Positions 27,306 through 37,731 of a stretch of 64,000 bases of DNA are shown here, piece after piece. The notes beneath the pieces were generated by a model, which did not search any database, was not told where the DNA came from, and saw only the letters and a list, made by a program, of their open reading frames with translations. The stretch's first letter is position 1. Each line of letters begins with the position of its first letter. The DNA comes from a virus. Location: the IMG/VR virus record IMGVR_UViG_3300033143_005193, positions 32,001 to 96,000 of that record. One strand, written 5' to 3'. The translations under genes were made by a program, and so were the position numbers.

Positions 27306-28230
27306 TAAACCATTTTGCTGTTTCATTTAAACCTTTCTCCAAATCAGTGAATTCGAATCCTTTAAAAGTGTTCATGAATTTTTTGTTATTAATAAACACA
27401 TTTTTAACTTCACCTTTTCTCATTGGTTTGTAAACCAATTTTATTGTATTCTTATTATATTTATCCATTATACTTGATAAAATATTTAAAACATTATTTA
27501 TTTCATAATATTTACCAGAAGCTAATTGATATATTTCACCTTTTTTTGTTTCACTGTTAGAGAATAAATATAATGCTTTTACTAAATCTTTTACGTATAT
27601 AAAATCTCTTGTTTGTTTACCATCACCATACACACAAAATTCTTTATTTTGTAATAATCTATCCATAATATATTTTGGTATTAAATTAAGTTTTTTATGA
27701 AGAGAATAGGGACCATAAACATTTGAAAATCTTAATATTGTTGTGTTCAAACCAAAAGATTTAGCAAAAGCCAAACAATATGCTTCTCCGGCTAATTTAC
27801 TGGCTGCATAAGGTGATTCTGGTTTTGCAACCATTTCTTCATGTAATAATTCTGGTTTTTCACCTAAAACAGCACCTGATGAAGCAAAAATGAATTTTTT
27901 TACATTACTCATTAATGATGCGTTTAAATAATTAAATGTACCATCTATATTATATTTCTTATCAAGTTTTGGGTTTTTCAAAGAAGGAATAACACCTGAA
28001 TTTGCAGCAAGATGTATAACAACATCAACATTTTTACATAACTTCATTGCAAGAATATCATTAGATATATCATCATTTATAAAATTAATTTTTTCGCTTT
28101 TTATATAATCATCTGTTTTAAAAAGTAAATTATCGATTACAGTTATTTTACTGGCTTTATCTTTTTTTAATATATAATTAATTAAATTGGAACCAATAAA
28201 ACCAGCACCACCAGTTATTAAATAATGCAT
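27292..28230 (-). CDS. NAD-dependent nucleotide-sugar epimerase/dehydratase
   Basis: TGGAGFIG, YAASK, RFSNVYGP, GDG.QTRDF. Confidence 0.9.
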   Translation of the reverse strand: MHYLITGGAGFIGSNLINYILKKDKASKITVIDNLLFKTDDYIKSEKINFINDDISNDILAMKLCKNVDVVIHLAANSGVIPSLKNPKLDKKYNIDGTFNYLNASLMSNVKKFIFASSGAVLGEKPELLHEEMVAKPESPYAASKLAGEAYCLAFAKSFGLNTTILRFSNVYGPYSLHKKLNLIPKYIMDRLLQNKEFCVYGDGKQTRDFIYVKDLVKALYLFSNSETKKGEIYQLASGKYYEINNVLNILSSIMDKYNKNTIKLVYKPMRKGEVKNVFINNKKFMNTFKGFEFTDLEKGLNETAKWFNENR

Positions 28231-28231
28231 T

Positions 28232-29104
28232 TTAACGCTTCCTTTTCATATTGTAAATTAAATTTATAGCCGGTTTCACATCATCTATACCAAAACCATT
28301 ACCATTTAAAATGTCTTTATATACTGAAATATGAAGATCTTCAAAAACATCATCAAATCTTATTTTTTCATTATCTATTTTTAATTCTCTATATTTTTTA
28401 CCTTCAGGGGCATATTTTTTATTTGTTGATAAAAACCATTCTATCCAAGCGTTTTCCATTTTAATAAAACCTGAAGCTAAATCTTTTTCATATTTTTCTA
28501 GGGAAAACTTTTTAATATCTGTATCAAATAACCATAATAATAAATCAAAAAAATGAATACCAATATTTATCATTATACCACCAGATTTTTCTTCTATTCC
28601 TTTCCAAGAATAATCATACCATAAACCTCTTGGTGTTATATAAGTTAATTTTACATCATAATGTTTGTCTTTTTTTATTCTTTTCTTTAGATTTATTAAA
28701 GAAGGATGAAGTCTAAGTTGAAGAACATTATAAATTTTTTTACCTGTTTCCTTTTCTACTATTTTTAATTGATCAAGATTCCAAGGATTTACTGATAATG
28801 GTTTTTCACAAATAACATCAGCATTGGATCTTAAACCCAATCTACAATGAGAATCATGAAGATAATTTGGGGTACAAACTACTAAGTAATCTATTCCTTC
28901 ATCTTTTTTTCTTAAAAGTTCCAAATGTCTTTCGAATCTTTCAGTTTCGGTAAAAAAACTAGCTTCTGGAAAATAACTATCTATTACACCAACAGAATCA
29001 GATATATCCATAGCAGCGACAAGTTTATTACCAGTTTCTTTTATAGCTTTCATGTGTCGTGGTGCAACATATCCAGCTGCACCTATTAATGCAAATTTTT
29101 TCAT
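28232..29104 (-). CDS. WbpB/WlbA-like UDP-GlcNAcA 3-dehydrogenase (Gfo/Idh/MocA)
   Basis: FALIGAAGYVAPRHMKAIK, PNYLHDSH, ICEKP, LQLRLHP, NIGIHFFD. Confidence 0.85.
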   Translation of the reverse strand: MKKFALIGAAGYVAPRHMKAIKETGNKLVAAMDISDSVGVIDSYFPEASFFTETERFERHLELLRKKDEGIDYLVVCTPNYLHDSHCRLGLRSNADVICEKPLSVNPWNLDQLKIVEKETGKKIYNVLQLRLHPSLINLKKRIKKDKHYDVKLTYITPRGLWYDYSWKGIEEKSGGIMINIGIHFFDLLLWLFDTDIKKFSLEKYEKDLASGFIKMENAWIEWFLSTNKKYAPEGKKYRELKIDNEKIRFDDVFEDLHISVYKDILNGNGFGIDDVKPAINLIYNMKRKR

Positions 29105-29526
29105 TTCATTGGCCTCGCGGGATTTCCAATAACTTTTTCATTTTCTTTTATATCTTTTGTTACAACGGAACCAGCTGCAATAAAACAATTTTTTCCTAGT
29201 TTTATACCTGGCAAAATTGTTACACTACCACCAATAGTTACATTATCCTCAACAATAATTTTCATCCAATATTTTCCTTTAGATGGTGGATATTTATCAT
29301 TAAGAAATGTCGTGTTTGGTCCAATAAAAACATTGTTTCCTATTTCTACACCAGATGGTATAAAAACAAATGATTGGATTTTACAATTATCACCTATTAT
29401 AACATCTTTACATATTTCGACAAAATTACTTATTTTTACATTGTTTCCTATTTTACAATTATATAAGTTTATAAGGTTTTCATCATATATTATTAAATTT
29501 TCACCTATTATACAATCTTTTATCAT
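29101..29526 (-). CDS. hexapeptide-repeat sugar N-acetyltransferase (WbpD/FdtC-like)
   Basis: Left-handed beta-helix repeats, FIGP...F.NDKYP, GSVVTKD..GNPAR. Confidence 0.85.
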   Translation of the reverse strand: MIKDCIIGENLIIYDENLINLYNCKIGNNVKISNFVEICKDVIIGDNCKIQSFVFIPSGVEIGNNVFIGPNTTFLNDKYPPSKGKYWMKIIVEDNVTIGGSVTILPGIKLGKNCFIAAGSVVTKDIKENEKVIGNPARPMK

Positions 29527-30410
29527 AGAAAACTCTCTATATGTTTATATAATTGTTTTATTCTTATGTTATCAGTATGTTTTTCTTCTATTTCATTTCT
29601 CGCATTTTTTGACATTTCAATAGCTAATTCTCTATTAAATAATACTTTTCTTGTGTTTTTGACTATATCTGTCATATCTTCATTGTATGTTATATAACAA
29701 TCTGTTTTAAAAAGTGTTTTTTCGTTTTCATTGAGTGAATTTATTAAAGGAATTGAACCACTTGCCATGATTTCAAATGTTTTAGCATGAATAGAATTTT
29801 TTTCAGCAGATGATAACATACAAACATATTTTCTTAATATTTCTGGATATTCACTTAAAACTCTACCATGATCTTTTAATAAATTACTTTTATACAATAC
29901 TTCTATAGCTTTTTTTCTTATTTTATAAGTATTGGTGCAAGTACCAGCAAAACCAACTTTTTTTATTTTATTATCAAAATTTTCTATTGGATAAAATTCA
30001 CTAGTATCAGCTGACCATGGCAACCATATTGTAGGAATACCTAATTTTATTCTATATTTTTCAGGAATATATCCTCTATAAAAAATAACATCAAAATCAT
30101 TATTTTCATAAAAATCAAATCTATTTTTTTCTATTATTTTCCAAAAATCAACAGCAATAATTATTTTCAAACAAGGTAAATTCTTAAAAAAACCATTAAG
30201 AAGATCATGTTGAGAATGGCACATAATTACGTCTGGTTTGTATTTTTCATATAAATCTTTTGGTTGTACCAGAAGCTTATTATTTTTCTTATCAAAAGCT
30301 TCTATTATATTAAATTTATTACATAAAGGCCCTATTTTCCTAATAAAATCAATATTAATTCTACTGTTATAGAGATTTTTATTTTTTTTAGTTATTAAAA
30401 TAATTTTCAC
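29523..30410 (-). CDS. GT-B glycosyltransferase (CgeB-like)
   Basis: WLPWSAD...F.P, VGFAG....Y..R, KTFEIMASG. Confidence 0.7.
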   Translation of the reverse strand: MKIILITKKNKNLYNSRINIDFIRKIGPLCNKFNIIEAFDKKNNKLLVQPKDLYEKYKPDVIMCHSQHDLLNGFFKNLPCLKIIIAVDFWKIIEKNRFDFYENNDFDVIFYRGYIPEKYRIKLGIPTIWLPWSADTSEFYPIENFDNKIKKVGFAGTCTNTYKIRKKAIEVLYKSNLLKDHGRVLSEYPEILRKYVCMLSSAEKNSIHAKTFEIMASGSIPLINSLNENEKTLFKTDCYITYNEDMTDIVKNTRKVLFNRELAIEMSKNARNEIEEKHTDNIRIKQLYKHIESFL

Positions 30411-31023
30411 GTTTTATCACAGCTGGACACCCAGCAACCATTACATTATCAGGAACATCTTTTGTAACAACAGAACCAGCAGCAATGATACTGTTTTTTC
30501 CTATTTTTATATTTGGAATAATTACACTTCCTGTAAAAATATATGAATATCTACCAACAGTTACACCACCTGCCATTTTAACACCTGGTGCTATATTAAC
30601 AAAATCATCTATAATACAATCATGTTCTATACTAACACCAGAATGTATCATACAAAAACAACCAATATCAGAATAAGGGCCAATGTTAGCAAATGGATTT
30701 ATCAAAACACCTTGTCTAATAAAAGAAGATTTTGATATACTTGCTCTTATAGAAATAAATTTTGGATATATTATGCTTTTTTCTTTTTTAAAAAGATCTA
30801 TATATATATATTCCTTCTTTATATTATTACCATTTGATATAAAAACTTTACAATTTTCAGTTGGTTGAAATTCTTTCAAATCATTGATTTTTATAAATCC
30901 AATAGATTTTCCTATTTTTTTCTTATTATCACTGTAAATATTAATATTTTTATAACTATTAGAATTAGTCATATCTAAAACATATTTAGCTTGAGCACCA
31001 GCACCAATTATATTAAGACTCAT
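30388..31023 (-). CDS. NeuD/PglD-type sugar acetyltransferase
   Basis: IIGAGAQAK Rossmann domain + IEHDC hexapeptide domain. Confidence 0.85.
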   Translation of the reverse strand: MSLNIIGAGAQAKYVLDMTNSNSYKNINIYSDNKKKIGKSIGFIKINDLKEFQPTENCKVFISNGNNIKKEYIYIDLFKKEKSIIYPKFISIRASISKSSFIRQGVLINPFANIGPYSDIGCFCMIHSGVSIEHDCIIDDFVNIAPGVKMAGGVTVGRYSYIFTGSVIIPNIKIGKNSIIAAGSVVTKDVPDNVMVAGCPAVIKRENYFNN

Positions 31024-31033
31024 TCAATCCCTC

Positions 31034-32122
31034 CTAGAAAGAATTTACTACATCAATAATTCTATTAAGATCTTTTGTTGATAGATTTGGATGATTTGGT
31101 AGTCCAACAACTCTTTTACTGAAATGTTCAGCTCTCGGATGTAAAATACTATCATATTTTTTCTTAAATATAGGTTGTTTATATAATGGTTCATTATATC
31201 TATGCCTGAATCCAATACCATTTTCCTTCAAGTGTTTCAGAAAATCATCTCTTTCATCATATATTGTAATAACAGGACACCAAAAGAAAACACATTCCTT
31301 GTTAGTTTCTATTATGTCCTTATAAAGAGGCATTACCTTTGTAGATTTTATGTTATTGTAAATATATAAGGAATTTTCAAATCTTTTTTCATTAAAAGAA
31401 TCAAGTTTTTTCAACTGTTCTAATCCAATAACACCAGATACTTCATTCATTCTATAATTATATCCTAAATAAGTATGAGTGTGTCTATCAGTCATACCAT
31501 GAGATCTTATTTGTTTCAATCTTTCATACATTTCTTTACTGTTTGTAGTAATCATACCACCCTCTATAGTGGTCATATTTTTAGTAGCGAAAAATGAAAA
31601 ACAACCAGCATTACCAAAAGAACCTACTGTTTTTCCATCAATTTTGGCCCCATGAGCTTGAGCACAATCTTCTATAACAACAAGACCATATTTTTTAGCA
31701 ATATTCATTATTTTATCCATATCACATGGCATACCAAAATAATGAACAGGCATAATAATCTTTGTATTTTCAGTTATATGCTGTTCAATATCATCAGCGT
31801 TTATATTACATTCATCATTAACATCAACAAAAATTGGATCAGCATTTCTCATCAAAATAGGTGAAATTGTTGCAAAAAATGTCATGGACGGAACAATAAC
31901 TTCATTACCCCATTCAATATTGTAATAAATAAGAGCCAAATGAATAGCAGCTGTTCCAGAATTACATGCAACAGCATATTTTGTTCCAACATAATCGGCA
32001 AATTTCTTTTCAAATTGATCAACATATTTACCTGATGTATAATTTCCAGAAATTAATACTTCCCTAACTTTAGCGAGTTCTTCTTCATGAAGAATAGGCA
32101 TAGATACTTTAATATTTTCCAT
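31034..32122 (-). CDS. DegT/DnrJ/EryC1/StrS PLP sugar aminotransferase
   Basis: NSGTAA, EDCAQAHG, SFFATKN.TT.EGG, GYNYRM; GGAGG SD before ATG 32122. Confidence 0.93.
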   Translation of the reverse strand: MENIKVSMPILHEEELAKVREVLISGNYTSGKYVDQFEKKFADYVGTKYAVACNSGTAAIHLALIYYNIEWGNEVIVPSMTFFATISPILMRNADPIFVDVNDECNINADDIEQHITENTKIIMPVHYFGMPCDMDKIMNIAKKYGLVVIEDCAQAHGAKIDGKTVGSFGNAGCFSFFATKNMTTIEGGMITTNSKEMYERLKQIRSHGMTDRHTHTYLGYNYRMNEVSGVIGLEQLKKLDSFNEKRFENSLYIYNNIKSTKVMPLYKDIIETNKECVFFWCPVITIYDERDDFLKHLKENGIGFRHRYNEPLYKQPIFKKKYDSILHPRAEHFSKRVVGLPNHPNLSTKDLNRIIDVVNSF

Positions 32123-33071
32123 TTTCTTCCTCCAATATATAATCAAACAATTTTTCTAAACCATCTTTCATTTTCGTTCTTTTCTTATTTTTTAAAATAC
32201 CATCAATTTTTTCATTTGATATTTTTAAATCTCTAGCTTTTACTTCATTTGATTCTTGTTGAAATTCAACAGAAATATTTTTTCCAATTTTCTTTTTAGT
32301 TAAATTTTGAATTTTTCTAATAATTTCTCTAATAGTAAATTCATCAGGCCCTGATATATTGAATATTTCACCTGATAAACTTCTTTCATTTTTCATAATA
32401 TCATATATCTCAAGATATGTATCTATTAAATCTTCGATCCACAGAAAATTTCTTTTTTGGTTTCCATCACCAAATACGTTTATTGGCTCGTTTCTAATAG
32501 ATTTTCTAATAAAATTATGGATGGCTGAATCATATTTCATAGATGGTGAAGGACCATATATTGTAGATTGTCTTAAAATAACGGTTGGTACACCAAATGA
32601 TCTATAATATGATTGACAAAAAAGCTCAGAAGATCTTTTCATAACACCATAATCGTTTACAGGTTTTATGGGATGGTTTTCATCTAATGGAAGATAAATA
32701 GGATTACCATATAAAGCAACTATAGAGGAAGAAAATAAAAATCCAGAAATATCAATATCTTTTACACCTTCTAAAAGAAGTCGAGTTGATAAAGTATTGA
32801 TTTCTAGTCCTTTTTTTATATTTTTTGAACATTCTCTAACATTTGATAAAGCTGATAAATGATAAACAAAATCAACACCTTCCAAAAAGTTTGATATATC
32901 TTTTTCGTTTAAAACACTGCCTCTTATTACTGTAATATCTTTATTTATTTCTTGATCATTTTTTAATTTGTTATCTATTACTTTTACATTATATCCTTTT
33001 GATAAAGCTTTTTCAGCTAATGCCATGCCTATATATCCAAGACCGCCAGTTATTCCAATTGTATTAGTCAT
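32109..33071 (-). CDS. NAD-dependent nucleotide-sugar epimerase/dehydratase
   Basis: TGGLGYIG, YGVMK, GDG.QKRNF. Confidence 0.88.
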   Translation of the reverse strand: MTNTIGITGGLGYIGMALAEKALSKGYNVKVIDNKLKNDQEINKDITVIRGSVLNEKDISNFLEGVDFVYHLSALSNVRECSKNIKKGLEINTLSTRLLLEGVKDIDISGFLFSSSIVALYGNPIYLPLDENHPIKPVNDYGVMKRSSELFCQSYYRSFGVPTVILRQSTIYGPSPSMKYDSAIHNFIRKSIRNEPINVFGDGNQKRNFLWIEDLIDTYLEIYDIMKNERSLSGEIFNISGPDEFTIREIIRKIQNLTKKKIGKNISVEFQQESNEVKARDLKISNEKIDGILKNKKRTKMKDGLEKLFDYILEEENGKY

Positions 33072-33391
33072 TTATTATTACTCCTTTGTCGTCTTCTAGC
33101 TTTATCCCTTGCTTTATCTAAATTATGTTCGTAATTCATTTCTTTCAAAAAAGCTTCTTTGTCTCCGCCTTTATATTCGAACAATTTTCTTGCAATTTTT
33201 TTACCCATAATATAGGCTTCTTGAAGAAGATCTATTATCTTTTCTCTTTTTTCTTCATCCGGTAATTCTATAACTTCATCATATATTTCTCTATGAACTT
33301 CGCAAATTGATCTAAATTTAGATGAAACAGGATCGCTTATTTTATTTTTTTCAAAATCTACTTCCTTTTTAATATTATTCTTTTTTGTCAT
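33068..33391 (-). CDS. hypothetical protein
   Basis: Helical protein (RSICEVHREIYD); GAGG SD. Confidence 0.65.
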   Translation of the reverse strand: MTKKNNIKKEVDFEKNKISDPVSSKFRSICEVHREIYDEVIELPDEEKREKIIDLLQEAYIMGKKIARKLFEYKGGDKEAFLKEMNYEHNLDKARDKARRRQRSNNK

Positions 33392-34277
33392 AATTTTCCT
33401 CATAATATTCTATAGTATCTCTTAAACCATAATCAAAATCATTCATAAATTCAAATCCAATTTTTTTTAGTTCATCATTGGAAATATCATCAAAATTCAT
33501 AACTTCATCGGGTCTCTGTGGTTCATATTTTATAAGAGATTGTTTTTTCATAATATTATATATTTTATAAGCTAATTCTTTTATATTTATTTTAAAATCA
33601 GAAACACAATTAAATATTTTACCGTTTGTTGAATCATTTTCAGATATTAAAAGATTGGCTTTTACTATATCCGAAACATGAGTGAATCGTCTTTCTTGTA
33701 ATCCAGATCCTTGTATTATAATTGGAATATTATTTAAAATATTTGTTGTGAATTTTGGTATTACTCCAAGCTCTGATTGTCTTTTACCATATACATGAAA
33801 ATATCTTATTATACTATAATTAAAATCTGGATAATAACACTTGAAAGCATTTAAATAAGCTTCTGCTGAATATTTTGTAACACCATAAAATGACTTAGGA
33901 TTTCCATTACAGACAGACCCAGTGGAGGCATAAATAACTTTTCTGACACCCATTTTTCTTGAAGCTTCAAATACACACCACGATCCTCTTGAATTTGTCA
34001 TAAGATCTTCCAATGGATTATTTCTACATACTAAACACTTAGAAGCAGCATTATGAAATACAGTATCAACATCTTTAAAATAAGGTAATATTTTGTCATA
34101 ATTGTAGATACTTTCATTAACAAAAGTACAGGTTTTCGGATTCCACCAATCTTTTAAATTATCTTTATTACCATTTATAAAATTGTCTATACAGATAATT
34201 TCATGTCCCTGTTTACATAGAGTTTCGCATATATGACTTCCTATAAAACCAGCACCGCCTGTTATTAAATATTTCAT
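33375..34277 (-). CDS. NAD-dependent nucleotide-sugar epimerase/dehydratase
   Basis: TGGAGFIGSH, YGVTK, RYFHVYG.RQ. Confidence 0.88.
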   Translation of the reverse strand: MKYLITGGAGFIGSHICETLCKQGHEIICIDNFINGNKDNLKDWWNPKTCTFVNESIYNYDKILPYFKDVDTVFHNAASKCLVCRNNPLEDLMTNSRGSWCVFEASRKMGVRKVIYASTGSVCNGNPKSFYGVTKYSAEAYLNAFKCYYPDFNYSIIRYFHVYGKRQSELGVIPKFTTNILNNIPIIIQGSGLQERRFTHVSDIVKANLLISENDSTNGKIFNCVSDFKINIKELAYKIYNIMKKQSLIKYEPQRPDEVMNFDDISNDELKKIGFEFMNDFDYGLRDTIEYYEENYDKKE

Positions 34278-35269
34278 ATTAGATCCTTATATACTTTATT
34301 CCATAATCTTTCAGAAGTTGGAATAAATCCATGTTTTTTCTCAGCCCATCTTCTGGACTTCTTTTTTTCTTCTATTATCTTATCTCTATTATATTGAATT
34401 ATTTTAATAATTTGATCTTTTAATTGTTTTTTATTGTTTGCTATGTTTAAAGCATTATTACCATATTCTTTTTTATAAATATCATTATATAATGAATTAG
34501 TTATAACAATTTTTCCAAGTGCGGCTGCTTCAAGAGCAGTATTACCCCATTCGCCAAATTTTATTCCCTTAAAAGAAGGTTTCAATGTTTCTATTATAAC
34601 ATCACATTTTTTGAACTTTTTTAAATGTTCCAACCAAGGTTCTATTTTTTTATTTATATCTCTTGTTCCAATATATTGGAACAATTTATTATATTTTTTA
34701 TCATTTTCGATTTCTTTTATTATTTCTAAAATTTCCTTAGTTCCTTTAGTTTTTGGATTTGATGGAAAATGACCTATAATAACTTTCTCATTATTATTAT
34801 ATTCAGGCTGTAGAAATTCTGTATCTACTGGATAATATATAAGATGTTCATTTTTCGCACCATATCCCAAAAGAGCTGGATATTGCATAATAGTAGCATC
34901 TACTATTTTATTAAAAAAAGAATTACATTTTTTTCTCGTGTTTGTGTTTATATATGGACGACCGCCATATTGAATAACTAATTTCTTTTTTGATAAATCT
35001 ATTCCTGTATCAACATAAGTACCAGCTATAAAATGAATTATTTTTGATTCAGAAGCTAAATCCTTTAATTCTTCGCTTTTAAAGGAAAGTGGTGGGTATA
35101 ATGGGGATTTAATTCTATACATATTACAAAGAATTGCTTGTTCTGTATAATCAAAATGGGAAATTCCTTTAAATATTTTAACATTTAATCCAAGTAATTC
35201 CAGGCATTTGCTGAATCTCCAACCAGTATTGGCGAGATCTTTATAAGTTACCATTAAAACATCATTCAT
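34274..35269 (-). CDS. putative GT-B glycosyltransferase
   Basis: YPVDT, IGHFPSN...KGT, WGNTALEAAALGKIVIT. Confidence 0.7.
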   Translation of the reverse strand: MNDVLMVTYKDLANTGWRFSKCLELLGLNVKIFKGISHFDYTEQAILCNMYRIKSPLYPPLSFKSEELKDLASESKIIHFIAGTYVDTGIDLSKKKLVIQYGGRPYINTNTRKKCNSFFNKIVDATIMQYPALLGYGAKNEHLIYYPVDTEFLQPEYNNNEKVIIGHFPSNPKTKGTKEILEIIKEIENDKKYNKLFQYIGTRDINKKIEPWLEHLKKFKKCDVIIETLKPSFKGIKFGEWGNTALEAAALGKIVITNSLYNDIYKKEYGNNALNIANNKKQLKDQIIKIIQYNRDKIIEEKKKSRRWAEKKHGFIPTSERLWNKVYKDLI

Positions 35270-35292
35270 GATTATTTTTGCCCATATTAAAT

Positions 35293-36201
35293 TTATCCGT
35301 TGACTTCTTTTAATCTCCTTTTACTAATTTTTATTGTAAATTCATCTTTTTTAAATATTCTGCTTTGTTCTCTATTAAATCTACTACATATATATCCATC
35401 ATTCCAATAATTTATCATTTTACCAATATCAACACTTACTTTACCATGTTCTTTTATTATATCACTATATGATCTACCAAGCATTCCACCACCAACAAAG
35501 AAAATATCATAATCATTAATCTTCTTTTTTAATTCTTCTTTTATCTTTTCATGAAAATTTATATGCCATTTTTCTTTCGGTACATCATTTACATATCCCT
35601 TTTTACCAGAAATATTTCTAACTTTATTTGCTCTTGGAATTGAAAAAACACCATAATCTATACCATATTTTTTAAATTGATCAAAAGAATCATTTAAAGA
35701 TGTAACAAAACAAACCTTTTTATTATTTTTTTTAAGATATTTAAACAATTTCATATCATTGAAAAGAAAGAACCCAACATCAGTTTCACAATAATTAGTG
35801 TTCACTATACCAAGTTCATTATAATAATATTTCCATTTTTCTAGCAAACTTTTATTTTTACCGCCTTTTCTTTCCTTATATAAATCAAAAGATGATATGT
35901 AATTTGCCCTATTTGAAACATCTCTATACATATCCCAAACATAAGGAAATTTGTCAAAAGTTACACCTTGTTGGTATCCTTTCCAAACACAATCAAGTTT
36001 TCCATCATATTCTTCAAAAAAATCAACATTTTGTTTTTTAAGTTCTATAAAACATTTTATAAATTTTAGATCACCATCACCAAATCTTATCAGAGAAAAT
36101 GGCTTTGATTTTTCTACATGATTTATTATATCTTGTTTTATCCATTCTGAAGTATGAATATTAGTATTTGGTATATATTTTGTAATTTTAGATTTCTTCA
36201 T
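35293..36201 (-). CDS. GT-D fold (DUF1792-like) glycosyltransferase
   Basis: PFSLIRFGDGD and ..G.G.LG......GKVSVDIG motifs. Confidence 0.65.
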   Translation of the reverse strand: MKKSKITKYIPNTNIHTSEWIKQDIINHVEKSKPFSLIRFGDGDLKFIKCFIELKKQNVDFFEEYDGKLDCVWKGYQQGVTFDKFPYVWDMYRDVSNRANYISSFDLYKERKGGKNKSLLEKWKYYYNELGIVNTNYCETDVGFFLFNDMKLFKYLKKNNKKVCFVTSLNDSFDQFKKYGIDYGVFSIPRANKVRNISGKKGYVNDVPKEKWHINFHEKIKEELKKKINDYDIFFVGGGMLGRSYSDIIKEHGKVSVDIGKMINYWNDGYICSRFNREQSRIFKKDEFTIKISKRRLKEVNG

Positions 36202-36934
36202 CAAATCTATATCCTTTTAATATGTCATATTTGTTAATTATTTTTTTATATACTTTATTTTTTTGATCATCTGTCCATTTTAACCTAAATCTACTAAAAT
36301 GTGGTTTATTTTTTATTACATTTGAACATGATTCTATATAATCATCGAAAACATCAACACCCAAAAACTCACACATTTTTATTATATTTCTTTTTTTATT
36401 GTATATTAAATCTTCATGATATATTTCTAATATATTATTCTGTTCATTTTCTTCCTCATTTTTTATTTTTTGAACAACGTCCATTATTGAACAGTACACT
36501 TCTATAAGATTATCTATGCTTTTACCTTTTCTTATTGATTCTGTTGTTATTTGATCAAATGGATTTCGAACAGAATGAATATATTTTATTGGAAGATTTA
36601 TATTTTTTTGAAAGATTTTTAATTTGTTGAAATTTCTACTTAAATTTAAAGATGTATTATTTCCGTGTTTATCACCTATAACTAATAAATCACCATCTTT
36701 CCATGTTTTTTCAATTTTATATTTATATTTTCCTCTTACTAACTTGTTTTTTTCTTTTTCACATTTTTTTAAAATATTGTTTATAATCGTTTCTTTATTT
36801 TTATTATAACATCCATTTTTTTTAAAAATACCCAATTCATTTGAAATACGAATATTTGGATGGGCATTTAATATAACTGATATTAAACTATGTCCGCTTC
36901 TTCCAGGGCCTATAAACAAACAAAAATAATTCAT
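36188..36934 (-). CDS. sulfotransferase
   Basis: FIGPGRSGHSL..LNAHP 5'-PSB loop, GDK, VRNPFD 3'-PB motif, YHEDL..CEFLGV. Confidence 0.82.
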   Translation of the reverse strand: MNYFCLFIGPGRSGHSLISVILNAHPNIRISNELGIFKKNGCYNKNKETIINNILKKCEKEKNKLVRGKYKYKIEKTWKDGDLLVIGDKHGNNTSLNLSRNFNKLKIFQKNINLPIKYIHSVRNPFDQITTESIRKGKSIDNLIEVYCSIMDVVQKIKNEEENEQNNILEIYHEDLIYNKKRNIIKMCEFLGVDVFDDYIESCSNVIKNKPHFSRFRLKWTDDQKNKVYKKIINKYDILKGYRFDEEI

Positions 36935-37731
36935 ATTACACCATTCTTTTTTAAATAATCATAAGATTTTTTTAAATTTATTGATTTCAATCCTTTATTT
37001 GCATTTAACCATTCTCTGTTATTACTTCTCATCTGACCCCATTTAAAATTCGGATATTTTTTATTTATATCAACATATGCTTGATAACAAGCTTTTTGAC
37101 CATGAGCTTTGCCTCTTTTTTGTAGAGGAATTTTATCTATATAATATATCCATCTATCCATAAAATCTTTTACTTTATCATTTACAGTAAAACCCATTAC
37201 ACACATTAAAACAGCTCTGTTTTCCCTATATACAAATCCCTTTCTATTTATTTGTTTATCTATTCTAAATATGGTAGAAAAATCATTTTCTTTAGTTATT
37301 TTTAAAATTCGTTCAAAAGAACCAGTAACACAAGTATCTATATCTGCATGGAATAAATTATCACCTTCATCCATTTCTTTTATTAAACTATATATTGATT
37401 TTATTCTATCATCATCAGCTATATAATTCTTCCATATTTTTATTCCTGTGTTAGTCTTTTTGTTCTCTGTTATGTTTTTAAACATCATTAATTTTTCTTT
37501 ACTTATACCCATTTTTCTTGATAAATCATTATAATCTATTTTACTATTTCTAATTTCTATATTTTTTCTTAATGATGTTAATTCTTTTATTTGATCACTT
37601 TTCAGATCTTTTGTAAAGATTACCATTTCATCATCTTCACCATTAAAGTGTGTATATGATTTTATAAAAATTTTACCCCATTCAAAATAACCATCTGTTA
37701 AATAACTGTTTATAATCACACCATACCCCAC
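36931..37731 (-). CDS. putative GT-A glycosyltransferase
   Basis: HADIDT (DxD), F..RW..GQ; island context. Confidence 0.5.
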   Translation of the reverse strand: MGYGVIINSYLTDGYFEWGKIFIKSYTHFNGEDDEMVIFTKDLKSDQIKELTSLRKNIEIRNSKIDYNDLSRKMGISKEKLMMFKNITENKKTNTGIKIWKNYIADDDRIKSIYSLIKEMDEGDNLFHADIDTCVTGSFERILKITKENDFSTIFRIDKQINRKGFVYRENRAVLMCVMGFTVNDKVKDFMDRWIYYIDKIPLQKRGKAHGQKACYQAYVDINKKYPNFKWGQMRSNNREWLNANKGLKSINLKKSYDYLKKNGVI

